DNA of 63,673 nucleotides, filler included, from Lenisia limosa (lineage: Eukaryota; Protista; Breviatea), in assembly GCA_001655205.1 (NCBI GenBank). It is 8 parts of 8 records of this genome, joined end to end, with 100 filler letters (N's around TTAATTAATTAA, not from the genome) between each part and the next. Parts side by side here need not be neighbours in the genome. Positions count along the whole stretch, not along the records: positions 56,111 to 60,989 come from LPNZ01008101.1; positions 61,090 to 63,673 come from LPNZ01001981.1; 6 more parts are not named here. One strand, 5' to 3'. The position numbers were made by a program, and so were the translations under genes. The notes under the pieces were generated by a model, which was given only the letters and a program-made list of their open reading frames with translations, made no database searches and had not been told where the DNA came from. Below are positions 60,961 through 63,673 of the stretch, one piece after another (the first letter of the stretch is position 1; each line of letters starts with the position of its first letter).

Positions 60961-61185
60961 TTGTTATTTACATTTCTAGCTTAAAATCANNNNNNNNNNN
61001 NNNNNNNNNNNNNNNNNNNNNNNNNNNNNNNNNTTAATTAATTAANNNNNNNNNNNNNNNNNNNNNNNNNNNNNNNNNNNNNNNNNNNNTTCCATAAAAT
61101 GTCCCATTTTTAATGTTAGCTAACAGAGTTGATTCTGGGTTTTTGTTTCATAAATTGTCACATTTACCTCCCCCCCTCCCCGCAG

Positions 61186-61328
61186 TTGCCCTCATGGAGC
61201 AATGCCTTGATGCTGAGCAGCTGCAGTGGGTGGAAAACGAACTGGACGTCCCGACTTCCGACGAACCGGTTGCTGCCGTAGACGCTGACCCGATTGGGGA
61301 TGATGAGGAGAACGAGGATGATGAGTAG
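61186..61328 (+). CDS. Terminal exon of an unidentified gene (acidic C-terminus)
   Basis: cccgcag|..ALMEQCLDAEQLQWVENELDVPTSDEPVAAVDADPIGDDEENEDDE*. Confidence 0.55.
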
Positions 61329-61973
61329 TCTTGTTTTGGGGTTTATTTATTTGGGTTTTGGGGGAGACGAGTTGGAGTCTGGGGGCAATATCTTTGATAC
61401 TTATATAACCTTGTTTACTCCCACATTTGACNNNNNNNNNNNNNNNNNNNNNNNNNNNNNNNNNNNNNNNNNNNNNNNNNNNNNNNNNNNNNNNNNNNNN
61501 NNNNNNNNNNNNNNNNNNNNNNNNNNNNNNNNNNATCAGTGTGTGAAAGAAACATATTTTGTTGGAGCAAAAACAAGGGCACAATCCCTTGGGTGAGATT
61601 AGAATTTGAATAGCTGAATATCAGAAATCAGATTATAACTCAGCCAATAATAATAACCCCAAAATCCTCCCTAGGGTAGCTGGATGGATCAGAGAAAGAC
61701 AAATAAGAACAGACCCCAATATGAAAATGTTTGTGAAGCCGCCCTGCCCTCATGATGTTGCACCATCATTTCTTGAATTGTCTGTAGCATTGTCAAAGAG
61801 TTGTTTCCATGTTTACAAAATGATGAGATCTATGGCCAATTCCGGTGATCTCTGATGAGTCTTATAGTTATCTCAACCCAGGTAAGGGTTGGTTTACATC
61901 GATAAATAATCGAAATTGATCAGGGCTCCGTGCAAGTAAATACTCCGACTCCAAGCAATTAATTGGAAATTAC

Positions 61974-62111
61974 TAGGGCTACGTGCAATTAATTTTATGA
62001 AGAAAATAATTGACAAAACTAGAAATTTAAATGTCAGAAATTGAGTTCACATTACAATATGTCGTACTTCAAGTTTTCCAATTATTTTGCAATTAATTGT
62101 ACGGAGCCCTA
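61974..62111. mobile_element. MITE family E (about 135 bp; TIR GGGCT(A/C)CGT(G/A)CAATTAATT, TA duplication)
   Basis: TA|GGGCTACGTGCAATTAATT...AATTAATTGTACGGAGCCC|TA. A partial copy at 29760-29882 shares TGTCAGAAATTGAGTTC and the right TIR; a stray left end is at 61920. Confidence 0.8.
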
Positions 62112-63673
62112 AAAATTACTAGCAAAATCTGAGTATATTTCAATATAAATTCAATTTTAATTTTAAATTGATAATATATGTCTTCAAAAAATTAATTGCC
62201 CATAATCCAAATAGTATATAATGTGTTTGATAAACTGAATCAGATTCTTGTTGTACAATTGAAATGCGCAGTTAGTATTTGTATTGTTAGAAAAATGGTG
62301 AATTTTCTTATTAAGTCGTTGGTAATAATATAATACAATCTAAACATGTGAAAAAACATTCATAAACCCATTCTTGGTCATAGTGTAACAGCTTTCCTTT
62401 TCTTGCGCAAAGTTTGATCAAACACCCTCATTCTGTTTGCTGAGATGACATTCTTAAAATCGTTTTTTCAAACAAGATAGTTATTTAAAATATTTCCTGA
62501 AATTATTTTGGTAAGCGGTTTTGGTCCAATCCAGTCGTTAATGTATTCAATTTTTAATTTACAGGATTTTGCGACTTGACGTTTTGTAAATTAGGAAATT
62601 TTTTGTAAATTATATTTCACAAACCGTACAACCGTACCCATGAAAATTTTCCTGGAGATTAACTGTACAGTTGAACCATGGAAATACGCTCCAATGACCC
62701 CACAAATTAGATAATATTTTAATTGATTGTATTACATATATTTATTAATTTGAGATAATTCCGGGGCAACCCTCATTCATCACTACGGCGCCTCGACTAA
62801 GGGTTCGTATGAAAAAGTTGGGGCCCATAATTTACAGAGAATCCCTGTAATTATGCTTTGTACCAATGACTTTTTTTTCAAGGATATACTGGTATCGGAA
62901 GTGTGATTTTATTTGTTGCAAGATGGTCCAAATAAGCAGATTCAATATTCTGAGTATCTTTATATGAGATACATTGACGTGATAGGTTTTACTGATTTTC
63001 CTTGGGAAATCATATCAAATCTGTCAAGACTTCTGTATACAAAACCAAAAGAAGCATGAAACTATCTATGCTCAAGGTCCTAAACTATGTCGTTATTTCG
63101 AATTATTGTCGATAATACAATTTTCTGTGACTGTCTCTTTTTCATGTTACGGTCAACTTCACAACAATTTAACTCCTATAAAGGACATATGAGAAAAATG
63201 CGAGCATTAACTGAAAAATAATTGCGCGAGCGTGGCGCTAACAAAATTAAACTTTCGCGATAAAGTTTGCTGCTCTTGCAAACAAAAAAAAAGATTATTT
63301 TTGAAAGGTTATTTTTTCTTTGTTTCCCTCATAAACAAATAAAGTGTATATCTCAGAAATATATTACTGTTTTGAAGGGGAATAGCTGATTTGGCGACCG
63401 AACAAATTAACGACATAATTTTGGACCTTGAGCCTATTTTTAACCAAAGAACAACTAAGCTACAGTACTCAAGATAACGTTAAGATCATCAAATGTATTC
63501 TGTGTACCTTAATAGTATAAACAAGAAACATTAACCAATTGAAACAACACTACCCGAACCACACAAAACACCTTAAGACCATCCCATTTGAATTCTGTCC
63601 CCCTGAGCCGCATCGGCAGCTGCCAACATGCCATGTAGTGACCTTCGGCCTAGTGTGTGAAGGGGGGGGGGGG

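Noticed and set aside
61700-63300. Mariner-like words (GVIGAYF, QDG) in degenerate ORFs
   Set aside because: They lie on opposite strands with many stops, so there is too little support to call a transposase.

Overview
This is a draft assembly of an AT-rich, intron-rich unicellular eukaryote, probably an amoeboid protist; the organism cannot be named from sequence alone. The window joins 8 scaffold pieces with artificial N-TTAATTAATTAA-N linkers, so adjacency across linkers means nothing. Most ORF-track entries are intron read-through artefacts, so I rebuilt genes by hand from GT-AG exons. Recognisable genes: PRPF8 (5' part), a two-SAP-domain protein head-to-head with TBL1, a RhoGAP-like ORF, an RCC1-repeat protein, a BAR+SH3 protein, a Cid1/TUTase-type nucleotidyltransferase, AP-1 gamma adaptin, a GH20 beta-hexosaminidase, tRNA-Lys(CUU) and a large FG/RanBP2-zinc-finger nucleoporin. 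The most unusual signals are in the introns. (1) A hairpin-containing repeat family (about 17 copies) is always in the host's sense orientation and often supplies the 3' splice site. A second family (7 copies) is also strand-locked. (2) Introns of 20-32 nt coexist with introns up to 3.7 kb. (3) Decayed, intron-bearing Mutator-like and CACTA-like transposases are nested in PRPF8 and TUTase introns. (4) Several TA-flanked MITE families occur, and one copy sits in a coding exon. (5) The nucleoporin is built from tandem phase-1 exon-intron modules. All exon calls are manual and need RNA-seq.
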